DNA of 53,074 nt from Patescibacteria group bacterium (GCA_004322205.1 SCSN01000002.1:1-53074), one strand, 5' to 3'. Numbered from the stretch's first letter, positions 16,826-27,400 are shown. Notes: generated by a model not told the origin, from the letters alone. Program-made: numbers and translations.

Positions 16826-18610
16826 ATGATTTATCGAGATAACAAACAGAACAGATATCTAAGAGGAGTCACTTTTTTTGCACTTTCTCTTATCGGGATA
16901 TTTTCTCTGTTTGTAGCTCTTTTAAAGATTGATGCTTCCTACGCGCTTTTGGCACGAATCGTGCACGCTGCCACGTCGTTCAACTCGGATCCGCTGGATT
17001 TTCCCACAGTTCGTGTTTCTAACTATACAGAGCACCCTGACTCAACAGAGGATTGGGCGACTTCGACAACCGCTAAGCCTGGTGATGTCATAAGCTTTAC
17101 TATCTATTACCACAATACCGGATCTGAAGATGCACAAAATGTTAAATTATCGCTTTCTGTGCCTGCCAATGATGGAATGTTAATAATTGGGTCCGGTACT
17201 CTCTGGACTGATAATGCTCCGGTGGTCAGTGGACAAGCCTCGGTGTTGCTTTCCGAAACCCAGCACCTCACCTATATTGCCGGTTCCGCCCGCTGGTATC
17301 CGAATCAAACCCAAACCAATCCAACCCCCTTTCCTTTTGGTCAGACAGGGGATGAATTTGTGACGCCCCAAGGTATAAATATCGGAATAATCCCGCCGGG
17401 CTGGACGTTGCAGGGTAGTGTGGTTGTGCGTTTCCAAGTGTCGCAGGCCGCTCCGCCACCGGTGCCGCTGCTGCCATCCGTTGATTTAAAGGCAAATAAC
17501 TCGGACGGCCCGCTTGCGATTGCACCCGGAGAAGTATTGACACTCTCTTGGTCATCAAGCTACGCCGCGCAATGTGCGTTTGGAGATCCCATTAACTCTT
17601 CTGTGGGCTTGAGTGGCCAAACAGCTTATTCTTCAGGTTATCCGGCATATCCTATCGCTGGGACGAGCACCGTTTATACCATCACCTGCAGCAATGATCA
17701 GGGCACAAGCGCATCGGATAGTGTTCAGGTTTCTTTTAGCTCTCCCTCCGTGGACATTACCGCCAATAATTTGCAGGGACCGGTCACGCTTGCGCCCAGC
17801 CAGCCTTTCACTCTTGAATGGACTTCTTCCGGCGTGATAAGACCATGTAATCTTGATATTGATGGGTTTGGCTCATCGGGTATTGAACCGGTAGGGAATA
17901 CCTCTCCAATTTATCCCGGCCACCCTTTTTATCCAGCCGTCGGTCAGTCGAAGACTTTTACTTTCTCGTGCGCGACGGCGGGCGGTGCTACTGTCTCTGA
18001 TGCAGTTGTCGTTTCAGTGTTAGTACCGCCCATAACTCTCACCGCTCAAGCGCAATCGTGCCGCGGAGTTGCCTTTTCTTGGTACTACGATGTTACGCGG
18101 GCCAGAACTTTTAAGATTCTCCGCGACGGTGTTCTCATTGCAACGCAAAATGCGACTTTTGGTAACAACTTCTTCTTTGACGGCAGTTTAAATCCGAATA
18201 CTGTCTACAGATACCAGGTTATTGGAAATGACGGCAGCACTGATTTTGTCTCGTCAAACACTGAAACCGTCACAACTCCGACCTGTCCGCCCTCTGTTGT
18301 GCCTCCAGTGGTTCCAACTGTTACTGCTGCAACTGGCAGTCAGTGCGGGGGCTCGATAAATCTTTCATGGAATGTGGTGAGCGGCGCGACTTTTTATAAA
18401 ATTTTCCGCGATGGCGGAGCTTCACCGATTTTTGTGGGAAACGTTAATACATTTCTTGATGTTGGTCTTTCTCCCGGCAGTTTTCACAACTATCAAGTTG
18501 TAGCTTCAAACAGCGCAGGCAATTCGCCCCGCTCGAATCAAGCCGCAGCTGTCGCCTCCAAACGCTTGCGTCGGAGCACCGGTTTCAGTTACTTTAACGA
18601 CTTCTCCTAG
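16826..18610 (+). CDS. giant surface repeat protein, N-terminal part (DUF11-like plus Ig/FN3-like repeats); frame breaks near 18530-18560
   Basis: Signal/anchor helix, then a DUF11-like segment (GDVISFTIYYHNTGSEDAQNVKLSLSVP), repeated about 90-aa Ig-like units (SVDLKANNSDGPLAIAPGEVLTLSWSS...) and two FN3-like units (FKILRDG...YRYQVIGNDG; FYKIFRDG...YQVVASNSAGNS). The first ATG is at 16826; a TTG at 16811 is also possible. Confidence 0.6.
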   Translation: MIYRDNKQNRYLRGVTFFALSLIGIFSLFVALLKIDASYALLARIVHAATSFNSDPLDFPTVRVSNYTEHPDSTEDWATSTTAKPGDVISFTIYYHNTGSEDAQNVKLSLSVPANDGMLIIGSGTLWTDNAPVVSGQASVLLSETQHLTYIAGSARWYPNQTQTNPTPFPFGQTGDEFVTPQGINIGIIPPGWTLQGSVVVRFQVSQAAPPPVPLLPSVDLKANNSDGPLAIAPGEVLTLSWSSSYAAQCAFGDPINSSVGLSGQTAYSSGYPAYPIAGTSTVYTITCSNDQGTSASDSVQVSFSSPSVDITANNLQGPVTLAPSQPFTLEWTSSGVIRPCNLDIDGFGSSGIEPVGNTSPIYPGHPFYPAVGQSKTFTFSCATAGGATVSDAVVVSVLVPPITLTAQAQSCRGVAFSWYYDVTRARTFKILRDGVLIATQNATFGNNFFFDGSLNPNTVYRYQVIGNDGSTDFVSSNTETVTTPTCPPSVVPPVVPTVTAATGSQCGGSINLSWNVVSGATFYKIFRDGGASPIFVGNVNTFLDVGLSPGSFHNYQVVASNSAGNSPRSNQAAAVASKRLRRSTGFSYFNDFS

Positions 18611-20657
18611 CACCATCACTGCTGGCGCTACCAGTACTCTCCTCTGGCGGGCGCTAAACGCCGTCTCTTGTTCTGCTGCCTGGACTTCTTCAACTGCGAC
18701 CCAAGGAGCGCAGAGTGTAAGCCCGGCTACCACCACGATATATATCATTTCCTGCCAAGGATCAGGTGGTGTGGGACAGGACTCCGCCACAGTTACGGTT
18801 GTACCACCGGGAGGTCCCGCCTGTTCTCCCCCGACAATCACTAGCCCGACTTTCGCAACCTCAACTGTCGGAGAGTTTTTCTCCTATACGATTACTGCAA
18901 CGTCAAGTTCTAAAAGCACAATGTCCTTTAGCGTAGGAACCTCAACACTGCCAGCCGGTTTGTCCTTTACAGACGATACCATTTCAGGGACATCTACAGT
19001 TTCAGGGACATTTTCCGTGTCCTTAATGGCAACTATGGCAACTAATGAATGCGGGACAACAACGCAAAATCTCACTATTACAATTGAGTCTCAAGATGGC
19101 GGCGGTGGTGGCGGAGAGTCCAGTGCTCCGTTTGTTTCTCTCGTTGCAAATCCAACCACGATAACTCTTGGAGCAACTTCGACTCTGTCATGGACATCTA
19201 CCGGTGCAACGGTTTGTTCGGCGGATTGGACGCAAGCTACTTCGACGTCTGGTTTTCAGGTGGTAAGTCCAGCAACTACCACTACCTACACCCTGTCGTG
19301 CAGCGGTGTGGGGGGTACTGGTCAGGCACAAGCTATCGTCACTGTAGTCCATCCGTCGAGTTCGCAATGTGTTATTGCGATTAACAGCGCTCTTTCAGCT
19401 TCAGGAAAAGTTGCGGAAACATTCGTGTATACTCTGACTGCCACAACCACTGGTACCTCCACTCCACCTCTTGCAATTGCCACCTCTTCGCTTCCAGAAG
19501 GTCTATCTGTTTCCGGGAACGTGATATCAGGCATACCGACAGAGTCCGGCACGTTTCAAATCTCTCTTTCAGCGGAGAACAACTGTGGGTCGGACAGCGA
19601 GACTTTGATAATCACTATTGTCCCCGCCGATGACGGCGGAGCCTCTCCGCCGTCATCGGGCGGTACAGCTGGTGGCGGAGGCGGCGGTGGCGGCGGAGGG
19701 GGCGGGGGGACACGCCGGCGAATGCCACCTCTTGCTGTTGCTGCCGTCGCGCCGGAGGTCCTTGGCGCGCAAATAAGCTGCGAATACCTACGTGACTACT
19801 TGCGCATCGATTGGCAAAACGACCCGACAGAGGTTTTGAAGCTCCAGATTTTTTTGAGAGAGCTTGAAAGTTTTTCGGGTCTTGCGCTGACAGGAATTTT
19901 TGACAAAGCGACATTTGACGCTGTCGGCGATTTCCAGGAGCGCTATTTCGGCGACATTTTGGAGCCATGGGGTCACGAGCGTCGCACCGGCTTTGTTTAC
20001 ATTCTCACCAAAAAGAAAATTAACGAAATTGTCTGCAATAAAACATTTCCGCTCACTGGAGTCCAAGAGGAGGAAATTCGACAGTTTCGAGCTTTCCTTG
20101 AGAGTCTAAAACAAAGAGGGATCGGGATCTCAGGGGCTGCGGGAGAAGGGGTAGCAGAGCCAGACGCAGTCTCAACCACTGGAGAAGGAACTGGAACAGA
20201 AAACTTGCCAATTGGAGGAATTGTGAATGGATCTAACTTCGGAGCACTCGCTGGAGCGATTCTCGCCGGGCCAAAAGGCGTTAAAGAAACTGTTCTTGCT
20301 CTAGGGTTCTTTCTTCTCACCATTCTTCTTCTTTATCTGGCAGTAGGAAAACTCACGAAGACGAAGAGTGGGCAAGAGAGACCAGGGTCTGACAGAGATT
20401 TGAAAGTAAGAAAACTTTCTTACTTTAATGGCGGTCTTCTTCTTGTGATTGTGGCCTTTCTTCTAATCCGATTCTATTTAATTATTCTTCCGCTTCTGGG
20501 ACTACTCGTGTTTTTGGTTTTCACTCTCCTTTGGCGGCTGGCGGCAAGAGGAAGCGCGGTAGAGAAGGCAATTTCAGATCCGCAAAGTGGTGTTGCTGGT
20601 CGACCGGGAGCAGTGATTCCAAGAGAGCGATCAATCCTCAAGATGTCAGACAAGTAA
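18504..20657 (+). CDS. giant surface repeat protein, C-terminal part (Ig-like repeats, poly-Gly, PG-binding-like domain, C-terminal TM helices)
   Basis: Frame 0 is open from 18504 and already encodes the same repeat type upstream of the tabulated ATG at 18771 (APVSVTLTTSPSTITAGATSTLLW...CSAAWT... versus later PFVSLVANPTTITLGATSTLSWT...CSADWT). It contains G13 and G8 runs, the stretch VLKLQIFLRELESFSGLALTGIFDKATFDAVGDFQERYFG (peptidoglycan-binding-1-like) and two or three C-terminal TM helices. Confidence 0.55.
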   Translation, partial: LQTAQAIRPARIKPQLSPPNACVGAPVSVTLTTSPSTITAGATSTLLWRALNAVSCSAAWTSSTATQGAQSVSPATTTIYIISCQGSGGVGQDSATVTVVPPGGPACSPPTITSPTFATSTVGEFFSYTITATSSSKSTMSFSVGTSTLPAGLSFTDDTISGTSTVSGTFSVSLMATMATNECGTTTQNLTITIESQDGGGGGGESSAPFVSLVANPTTITLGATSTLSWTSTGATVCSADWTQATSTSGFQVVSPATTTTYTLSCSGVGGTGQAQAIVTVVHPSSSQCVIAINSALSASGKVAETFVYTLTATTTGTSTPPLAIATSSLPEGLSVSGNVISGIPTESGTFQISLSAENNCGSDSETLIITIVPADDGGASPPSSGGTAGGGGGGGGGGGGGTRRRMPPLAVAAVAPEVLGAQISCEYLRDYLRIDWQNDPTEVLKLQIFLRELESFSGLALTGIFDKATFDAVGDFQERYFGDILEPWGHERRTGFVYILTKKKINEIVCNKTFPLTGVQEEEIRQFRAFLESLKQRGIGISGAAGEGVAEPDAVSTTGEGTGTENLPIGGIVNGSNFGALAGAILAGPKGVKETVLALGFFLLTILLLYLAVGKLTKTKSGQERPGSDRDLKVRKLSYFNGGLLLVIVAFLLIRFYLIILPLLGLLVFLVFTLLWRLAARGSAVEKAISDPQSGVAGRPGAVIPRERSILKMSDK

Positions 20658-21827
20658 GTGCTCGATTTTTGCACCGCCACTCGCTCTGATCCTCCTTTTT
20701 TCTTTGAGTATGGTTGGTTGCGAACGAATTTTTATGTAAGCGGCGAGGGCGATCATGATGCTGTTGTCAGTTGAAAGCTCAATTGGAGGGATGTGAAGCG
20801 ATAGTGGGCGGAACTGCCGGATGAGTTTTTGAAATTTTCTTCGAAGTTCTCTGTTGGCAATCACTCCTCCAGCGACAATCAAGCTTTTTGGTTTGAAGTG
20901 AAGGATGGCGCGTCTGGTTTTCTCGACGAGAACATCCGCTACAGCGTCCTCAAAAGCACGCGCAATTTTAATTTTGTCGGCTCTTGAAAGTTTTTTGCCC
21001 TTGATTCGGTAGAGGACCGCTGTCTTGAGTCCCGCGAAAGAAAAATCAAAGTCATTTGAATGAATCATGGGGCGGGGAAGTATCCACCTTGGGTCTGCTT
21101 GCCGATGGCGCTTCCGCCCCGCTTCCGCGAGGTGGGCGATCTGCGGTCCGCCGGGGTAGGAGAGGCCGAGCATCCGCGCCACTTTATCGTATGCTTCGCC
21201 GACCGCATCGTCTCTGGTTTGACCGACGCGCCGGTAATGAAGCGAGTGCGGGGAGTAAATTAGTTCGGTGTGACCGCCAGAGATAAGAAGAGCAAGGGCG
21301 GGGTATCTAAACTCGGTTTTCGAATTTTTCCTTATAAGCACAGAAAGAAAATGAGCTTCCATGTGGTTTACGGGAATAACCGACAAATTCCAGACAAGAC
21401 CCAGAGCGCGGGCAAAATTTACCCCGACCCAAAGCGCCGGCTCAAGCCCCGGTCCATAGGTGACGGCAACAGCATTCACTGACGGTTTTTTAATTTTCGG
21501 AATGAATTCAACGAACTGCGCTAACAATTCCGGCTCTCTTTCAAGTATTTTCTCTACTCCTCTTTCAACTTTCAACTTTTCATTTTTAACTTTTAACTTC
21601 AAAAAATTTGATTCCGTTAAGACTATTTTCAAAAGTGGTATCAGATTTTTTGCATGCTCGCGCTTGGCAAGGTTGGGATACACTCCGCCGTATTTCCTGT
21701 GGAGGCGAGCTTGAGAATAGAGCGCGTTTCCGAGCACTTTGAAAGAAGGTTTTTTAACTGACCCCCTCGCCTCCAGAATAGTCACTGCTGTTTCGTCACA
21801 GCTTGTTTCTATGCTCAAAATTTTCAT
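20646..21827 (-). CDS. tsaD: tRNA N6-adenosine threonylcarbamoyltransferase TsaD (Kae1/Gcp family)
   Basis: MKILSIETSCDETAVTILEA at the N-terminus, a metal-binding HMEAH motif and GVIANRELR near the C-terminus. It carries a ~50-aa insertion relative to E. coli TsaD. Confidence 0.8.
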   Translation of the reverse strand: MKILSIETSCDETAVTILEARGSVKKPSFKVLGNALYSQARLHRKYGGVYPNLAKREHAKNLIPLLKIVLTESNFLKLKVKNEKLKVERGVEKILEREPELLAQFVEFIPKIKKPSVNAVAVTYGPGLEPALWVGVNFARALGLVWNLSVIPVNHMEAHFLSVLIRKNSKTEFRYPALALLISGGHTELIYSPHSLHYRRVGQTRDDAVGEAYDKVARMLGLSYPGGPQIAHLAEAGRKRHRQADPRWILPRPMIHSNDFDFSFAGLKTAVLYRIKGKKLSRADKIKIARAFEDAVADVLVEKTRRAILHFKPKSLIVAGGVIANRELRRKFQKLIRQFRPLSLHIPPIELSTDNSIMIALAAYIKIRSQPTILKEKRRIRASGGAKIEHLLV

Positions 21828-21850
21828 AAGAAGAGAATCAAGAGCCGCTT

Positions 21851-22324
21851 TTATTTACTAGCAATCTCTAGGAACCGCTCAAGGAAAGGAATTTGCGCAG
21901 GGTTAATTTTCCTTCTGGCTGTTTCGACATCAAAAAATTCAGCTCTGTCAATTTCTGGAAATTCCTGAAACTTCCCCGATTTCGGCGGCCATTCCAGTGT
22001 GAAGGTGTTACTTCTAACTTTTAGCAAATCCAAATCTGCCTTGAGAGCCCATGCATATACCACCTTTCCGCTTTTTTGCTCGATTGATCCAAGGGGTAGA
22101 GGAGTTTCGCTTGGCAGTTGAATGCCGAGTTCTTCTTCAAATTCTCTTTTGGCTGCCTCAAGCAAATCTTCGTTTTCTTCTATCTCTCCTTTGGGAATGC
22201 CCCAAGCGCCGTCGTCTTTATTTTTCCAAAACGGCCCGCCCGGATAGACAAGCAGGCATTCAAGCTCACCAGCGCGCTCTCGATACAGAAGAATTCCCGA
22301 ACTTGTCTTTCGTTTTTGCACCAA
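21851..22324 (-). CDS. NUDIX hydrolase
   Basis: Nudix box GEIEENEDLLEAAKREFEEELG (Gx5Ex7REUxEExGU). Confidence 0.85.
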   Translation of the reverse strand: MVQKRKTSSGILLYRERAGELECLLVYPGGPFWKNKDDGAWGIPKGEIEENEDLLEAAKREFEEELGIQLPSETPLPLGSIEQKSGKVVYAWALKADLDLLKVRSNTFTLEWPPKSGKFQEFPEIDRAEFFDVETARRKINPAQIPFLERFLEIASK

Positions 22325-22396
22325 TGACCCTACCGGGAATCGAACCCGGATTCCGAGCTTGAAAAGCTCGTGTCCTGACCATTAGACGATAGGGCC
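22325..22396 (-). tRNA. tRNA-Glu (anticodon TTC)
   Basis: Reverse complement ggcccta-tc-gtct-aatggtcag-gac...cgagc-ttTTCaa-gctcg...ccggg-ttcgatt-cccgg-tagggtc-a. It abuts the NUDIX gene start. Confidence 0.85.
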
Positions 22397-22512
22397 TAAA
22401 ACATTTTTATAAACAAAAATGTTCGGCCGAACGATTTGCTAGGCAAATTGTTTTAGGCCTTCAGAATATATCACTTTTTGAAAAATTATCAAAAATGATG
22501 TAGATTAGTGAA

Positions 22513-22595
22513 GGAAGGGTGTTCCGAATGGTAAGGAGCCGCTCTCGAAAAGCGGTGCCCGCAAGGGCGTGTGGGTTCAAGTCCCACCCCTTCCG
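22513..22595 (+). tRNA. tRNA-Ser (anticodon CGA)
   Basis: Acceptor ggaaggg/cccttcc, anticodon stem ccgct/agcgg with loop ctCGAaa, a long variable arm (tgcccgcaagggcg) and T arm gtggg-ttcaagt-cccac. Confidence 0.8.
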
Positions 22596-22676
22596 CCGTT
22601 TGGCATCTGTGGGTATTCCAATTCTCAATTTCTTAAGAAATTGAGAATTGGAAATGAGAGGTGTTAAAGTAATGGT

Positions 22677-22946
22677 ATGAAAAAATATCGTGAACTTGAG
22701 TTGATAGCAAAAGGCTTTGCGAATCACAGGAGAATTCAGGTTCTTGAGCTTTTGTCGCGCGAAACGGATGTATCCTTAGTGGAAATAGCAGACAGACTGA
22801 AAATGAACGTTAAAACTGCTTCTGATCACGTTCGTCGGATGGTACTTGGTGGTCTGGTGTGGAAGAAGACAGCGGGGAACATGGTTTACCACACGTTATC
22901 TCCGCGCGGAAAATCTATTCTAGTTTTCTTAAGAAAACTAGAATAG
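22677..22946 (+). CDS. ArsR/SmtB-family winged-helix transcriptional regulator
   Basis: 89 aa; HRRIQVLELLSRETDVSLVEIADRLKMNVKTASDHVRRMVLGGLV matches the ArsR HTH pattern. Confidence 0.7.
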   Translation: MKKYRELELIAKGFANHRRIQVLELLSRETDVSLVEIADRLKMNVKTASDHVRRMVLGGLVWKKTAGNMVYHTLSPRGKSILVFLRKLE

Positions 22947-23022
22947 ATTCGGTGTGATGAGGTGGTGTGATGGCAGAAGCCTTTATTTTGTTTGGGGTTT
23001 GGGTAAAATGTATCTACACGAT

Positions 23023-23097
23023 GCGCGCTTAGCTCAGTGGTAGAGCGTCTCGTTGACGTCGAGAAGGTCATAGGTTCAATCCCTATAGCGCGTACCA
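23023..23097 (+). tRNA. tRNA-Val (anticodon GAC)
   Basis: gcgcgct-ta-gctc-agtggta-gagc, anticodon stem tctcg/cgaga with loop ttGACgt, T arm atagg-ttcaatc-cctat, acceptor agcgcgt-a, and an encoded CCA. Confidence 0.9.
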
Positions 23098-23180
23098 CGT
23101 TGGAAAAGTCAATGCCTCACCCCGCCTCGGGCGGGGCTCGGCGACCAAATCGTACGGACTTTTCGGGGCAAAAAGAAATT
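23098..23180 (+). repeat. tRNA-downstream conserved element, copy 2
   Basis: GGAAAAGTCAATG...CCCCGCC-tcg-GGCGGGG-CTCGGCGACCAAATCGTA...TTTTCGGGGCAAAAAG parallels the element after tRNA-Phe motif by motif. Confidence 0.5.
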
Positions 23181-23447
23181 CCCGATTCCGTAAAATATGG
23201 TTCGAGCCGATGTTTTTAACGGGTTCTTTTGCGGTTTTGATTCGTGCGGCTCCGCCTTTCCAGATTTTCGCAGGGGGCCTTCCTCGCCGCCGCAAGCGGC
23301 GAAAGCGGTTCGGACTAATTCAAGTATTCTGCCCAGAATCTGACTTTCACATTATCCCATCTCATTTTACGCTATACATTTATGTAGTAGTATGCGCATG
23401 GAAACACACCTCGTAAATTCCCAGAACATCTGACGGAGAGTGATTAT

Positions 23448-24290
23448 GTGTGGAGACTGCCACTTTGTCTCGCCGCTGTTCTCGCTATTGCTCCGGCGTC
23501 AACTTCCCAGGGACAAGAACCGCAATTCAGAGGTTTGCCAATGTTCAATCCGCGTTTCACGAAGGAGCAAATAATCCGAGCTGTAAAGGACAAATGCCCC
23601 AAACCAATATTCAACGTGGACTGCGAGGAATTCATCGCGCACAGGTTCAAGCAAGGGTCCCGGACGCCGGGCTACAAGGCACTCAAGACCTTGTGGCTTT
23701 CTTGGAGAAGAGCACGGAGAAGCCCTGCCCACAGAGGGAGTGGGTATTTGCCCGGATTGCGGTCTACCCGGATGGCAGGCGTATCATTCAGAGTTGACTG
23801 GAAGCGGCCCTGTAACAAGGATGAGACATTTCTCTTTGACGAGCACGATCGACCATTCATGTCTGAGGATTGCGGTAATGTGCCTTTTCCTCTGACTCCG
23901 ATATCTCTTGTCGCGCAGGAACCCCCCGTCCCGCCGACGGCAGCCCAAGCTCCGGAGGCAGAGCCAACTACGTCAAAAGTAGATACGGTCAGAGTAGTTG
24001 TGACCAAGAACTCTGTTACAGTAAAAAGTCCTTTTGGCCAGAGAAATGTCCGAGATTCTCTCGAAATGTCTTTAACGAACCATCTAGTCGTGAAAGTTAT
24101 CGTAAAGGACATAAAGAGAGGACCGAACCGGTTGGAGCGAGTCGGCTTCTTTACGGCCGGAGCTGTTGTCGGTTATGTCTTTGGACACGAGGGCGGAGCA
24201 TGTCAGACCCTTGGCTCTCCGGTGAATCCTCCAAACGAAAGAGCCAGGATTATTATTCCGCTGGCACGAATAGTACTCCGACTCCCGTAA
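23448..24290 (+). CDS. secreted hypothetical protein (signal peptide), in a GC-richer tRNA-proximal segment
   Basis: MWRLPLCLAAVLAIAPASTSQG is a signal peptide. No recognisable domain. A possible terminator sits at 24312-24345. Confidence 0.45.
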   Translation: MWRLPLCLAAVLAIAPASTSQGQEPQFRGLPMFNPRFTKEQIIRAVKDKCPKPIFNVDCEEFIAHRFKQGSRTPGYKALKTLWLSWRRARRSPAHRGSGYLPGLRSTRMAGVSFRVDWKRPCNKDETFLFDEHDRPFMSEDCGNVPFPLTPISLVAQEPPVPPTAAQAPEAEPTTSKVDTVRVVVTKNSVTVKSPFGQRNVRDSLEMSLTNHLVVKVIVKDIKRGPNRLERVGFFTAGAVVGYVFGHEGGACQTLGSPVNPPNERARIIIPLARIVLRLP

Positions 24291-24476
24291 TTTACCCCCT
24301 CGTTCTAGCATGGGCGGCGCCGTCGGGCCCCGCCTTTTTCTTTTAGGTGGCCTTGGGCGATTCTTCTTGTGCGGGGTTGACCGATGCACGACGGCGGGTA
24401 TACTGGTCTGAGAAAGAGAACTTACTTGACACGTTGTAGATGATAGTGTATAAATGCAGCTGTCAAACTATTATTA

Positions 24477-27400
24477 TTGCAACACCTAAAAAGCCAGCAA
24501 AATATGATTATTTTTCTCGGACGGGAGAAGCGATTGTATGCTAAATCTCTCCTTGTCCCTCTGCTTGTTGTTACTCTAGCGCTTCAGACACTCGGGTTTT
24601 TTACCTATATTCGTGAAGCAGCGGCTGCGCCAGTGACGATATTTTCCGACGGATTTGAGAACACTCCGCAATTTACCAATCCTTTGTGGGAGGATGCTGA
24701 TCCCCTTTGGAATGTAAGTTCCAGCAATGCTCACAGCGGAACGAGAAAAGCCTTTGTGATTGGCAACACTGGAGGCTTTGACGATATGTTAAGGCAGGAT
24801 GAGTCAACTGTGGGGTATCAAAATATAGTCTTAACCTATTGGTTTCGGGCTGATGACTTGGAATCCAGCCAAAACGATAAAGTTGATGTGCAGTGGTCTC
24901 CTGACGCCGGTGTTACCTGGAACACACTCTTTTCTATAGACGATAATTGGGACGCCGATCCCAATCTGTGGATACAGCAAACTCATTCACTGCCGGCGGG
25001 AGCGAACAACAATCCCAATTTTAGGTTTCGCTTCAAAGCCAAGTTAAACACCCCCAACGACAAGGTTTATCTTGACGATGTGAGCCTAGAAGGTGATGTT
25101 GTGCCGGCAAACCTCACTGTAAACAAGGTTGTTGTCAACAACAACGGCGGCGCAAAAACAGTCTCTGATTTTCCTCTCTTTGTGAATGGCCAGCCGGTAG
25201 TTAGCGCTCAGGCGAACCAATTTGCGCCCGGACAATACACGGTTTCCGAAACAAATCAGATGGGCTACACCGCGACCATTGGCGGTGACTGTGATGCACA
25301 AGGCAATGTCACTCTTAGCTCCGGTGATAACAAAATCTGCACCGTAACAAACGATGACGTCGCGCCGATACTCACGGTTGTCAAAGTTGTTGATAACGGA
25401 AACAACCCGCATCCGAAACAGGTTTCCGATTTTCTGCTCTTTGTGGACGGACTGCCGGTTGTAAGCGGCCTGGCAACCACGACTCCTGCTGGAACTCACA
25501 CTGTTACCGAGACCACTCATGAACTCTATACTTCTTCCTACAGCCCCGAGTGTCCGAGCGGTCAGGCAACTCTCTTGCCGGGAGACAACGTTACCTGCAC
25601 GGTAACCAACACTTACACCCCACCGGCATCTACCAGCACCGGGGCGATTCTCATTACCAAGTTTCTCTGCCCCGGGGGGACAGAATTAAGCCGTGACGCC
25701 AACGGTCCGGCTGCAGACGGTGCAATAACTCCGCCTGAAAGTTGCATACCTGATCCCGGTGAGCACTTCGGTTATATTCATGAACCCAACAGACCAAACG
25801 GCGATTTCTCCGGACCGTTTCCTGGTCTCGACGACAGCCAACTCTTCACCGTCGCTGGCCAAACTGACGCCAACGGGCATTTGGAAATTAGAAGATTGTC
25901 ACGACTCGGCCGCTATGATCTTGCTGAAGTGCGGGAAAGCGGAGAGAGGATTCCTCAAGGTCCTGTTTTAGGTTTCTTCTGTGTTGGGGACACCAATTCC
26001 GGCAGCGACAACTATGACTCAACATTTTTCCCCGAGCGGGGCGCAATGTTCTGCGCAGTCTACAATGAAGGCAGGGTAGAAGCCCCGCCCGAAGACGACG
26101 AGTGCAATCCGACGGAAGATTCGGTGGTAAGTGACAGCAATACAATTGTCCTTGAAGCAAGTAGCAGCCCGGCGGCGGAACTCTCTTTCATTCATCCCGC
26201 TTGGAGTGCCACGGTGGGAAGCCCCGACGCTCGCTGGATTTGGGAAATCGACGGAGTCGCCAATCCAACCACTGATGAGGAAAAGACATTTGTTCGGGCC
26301 TTTAATCTCATTGGTGATCCAACCGGCGGCAGCCTTCGTCTTGCCTCGGACAACTCGTATGAGGCGCGGCTTAACGGGCAGCCGGTCGGCTCCGATCTCT
26401 CGGAGAACAACTTCTCCTCTTCTGATGAATGGGATGTTGGCTCAATTCTGCGCACCGGCGCCAATGAACTAATCATCAAAGTGAAAAACTGGGCGCTTCC
26501 CGAAGGAACGCCTCAAACCAATCCGGCCGGCCTTCTCTATCGTCTGCGCTGGACCGGCAGGCAGTGCGGAGGTGAGGAAGAACCGCCGAGAGAAGACCCA
26601 GGAACTTCGATGATCTTCATCCGGAAATATATTGACGGCGCGAGGGCGACCATAACGAGCGCGCTGGAAAGGCTTTTTAAAGTGCTGGTGGTTGGCGGGC
26701 CAAACGGTGACCTTTTGCTTTCACCGGAGAATCAATATCAAAATCAGAGCACTGAAATACTAAATTTCCAAAATCACTGGGAAATGCAGGAAGAGACGAC
26801 CTTTCTTAATGGTGAGAGCAATGTTATTCCAGCAGGTGGTGAATGCAGTCAGGGAAAATTTCGTCTGGTTGGCTATACCTTCGGAGATAGCTGGGACGAA
26901 GCCCAATCTTCTGCTGGAACATCGACAACTGATGTCATCCTAAACAGTATTAGCAGCGACAAATATATTATCGTCTGGAACGAAGTGTGTCCTGATGATG
27001 AAGACAATGGAGGAGGCGGCGGAGGCGGTCCGACCACGGGGGAGTTGATCGTGACAAAAATCGTGGAGAACGGCGACAACCCCACGCCTAAAAGCATTTC
27101 AGATTTTTCTCTTTTCGTGTTCTCGACTTCAACTGGCACAACAACTCTCACCTCGAGCGCAACTTCAACGCTCTCGGCAGGTGATTATCAGGTTTCTGAA
27201 ACGATTGATCCCGACTATGACGCTGTTATCGGCGGAGATTGCAGCTCGAGCGGCAATGTGACAGTTGTTGCGGGTCAAACAAAAACCTGCACCATCACAA
27301 ACACCTACGCTCCGGCGATCGGCGGCAACCCTGAAGACGGCGGAGGCAACGGTGACGGAAGTGCTGACTCAAGCGTCAGCGGAGCTTCAACCGGAGGTGG

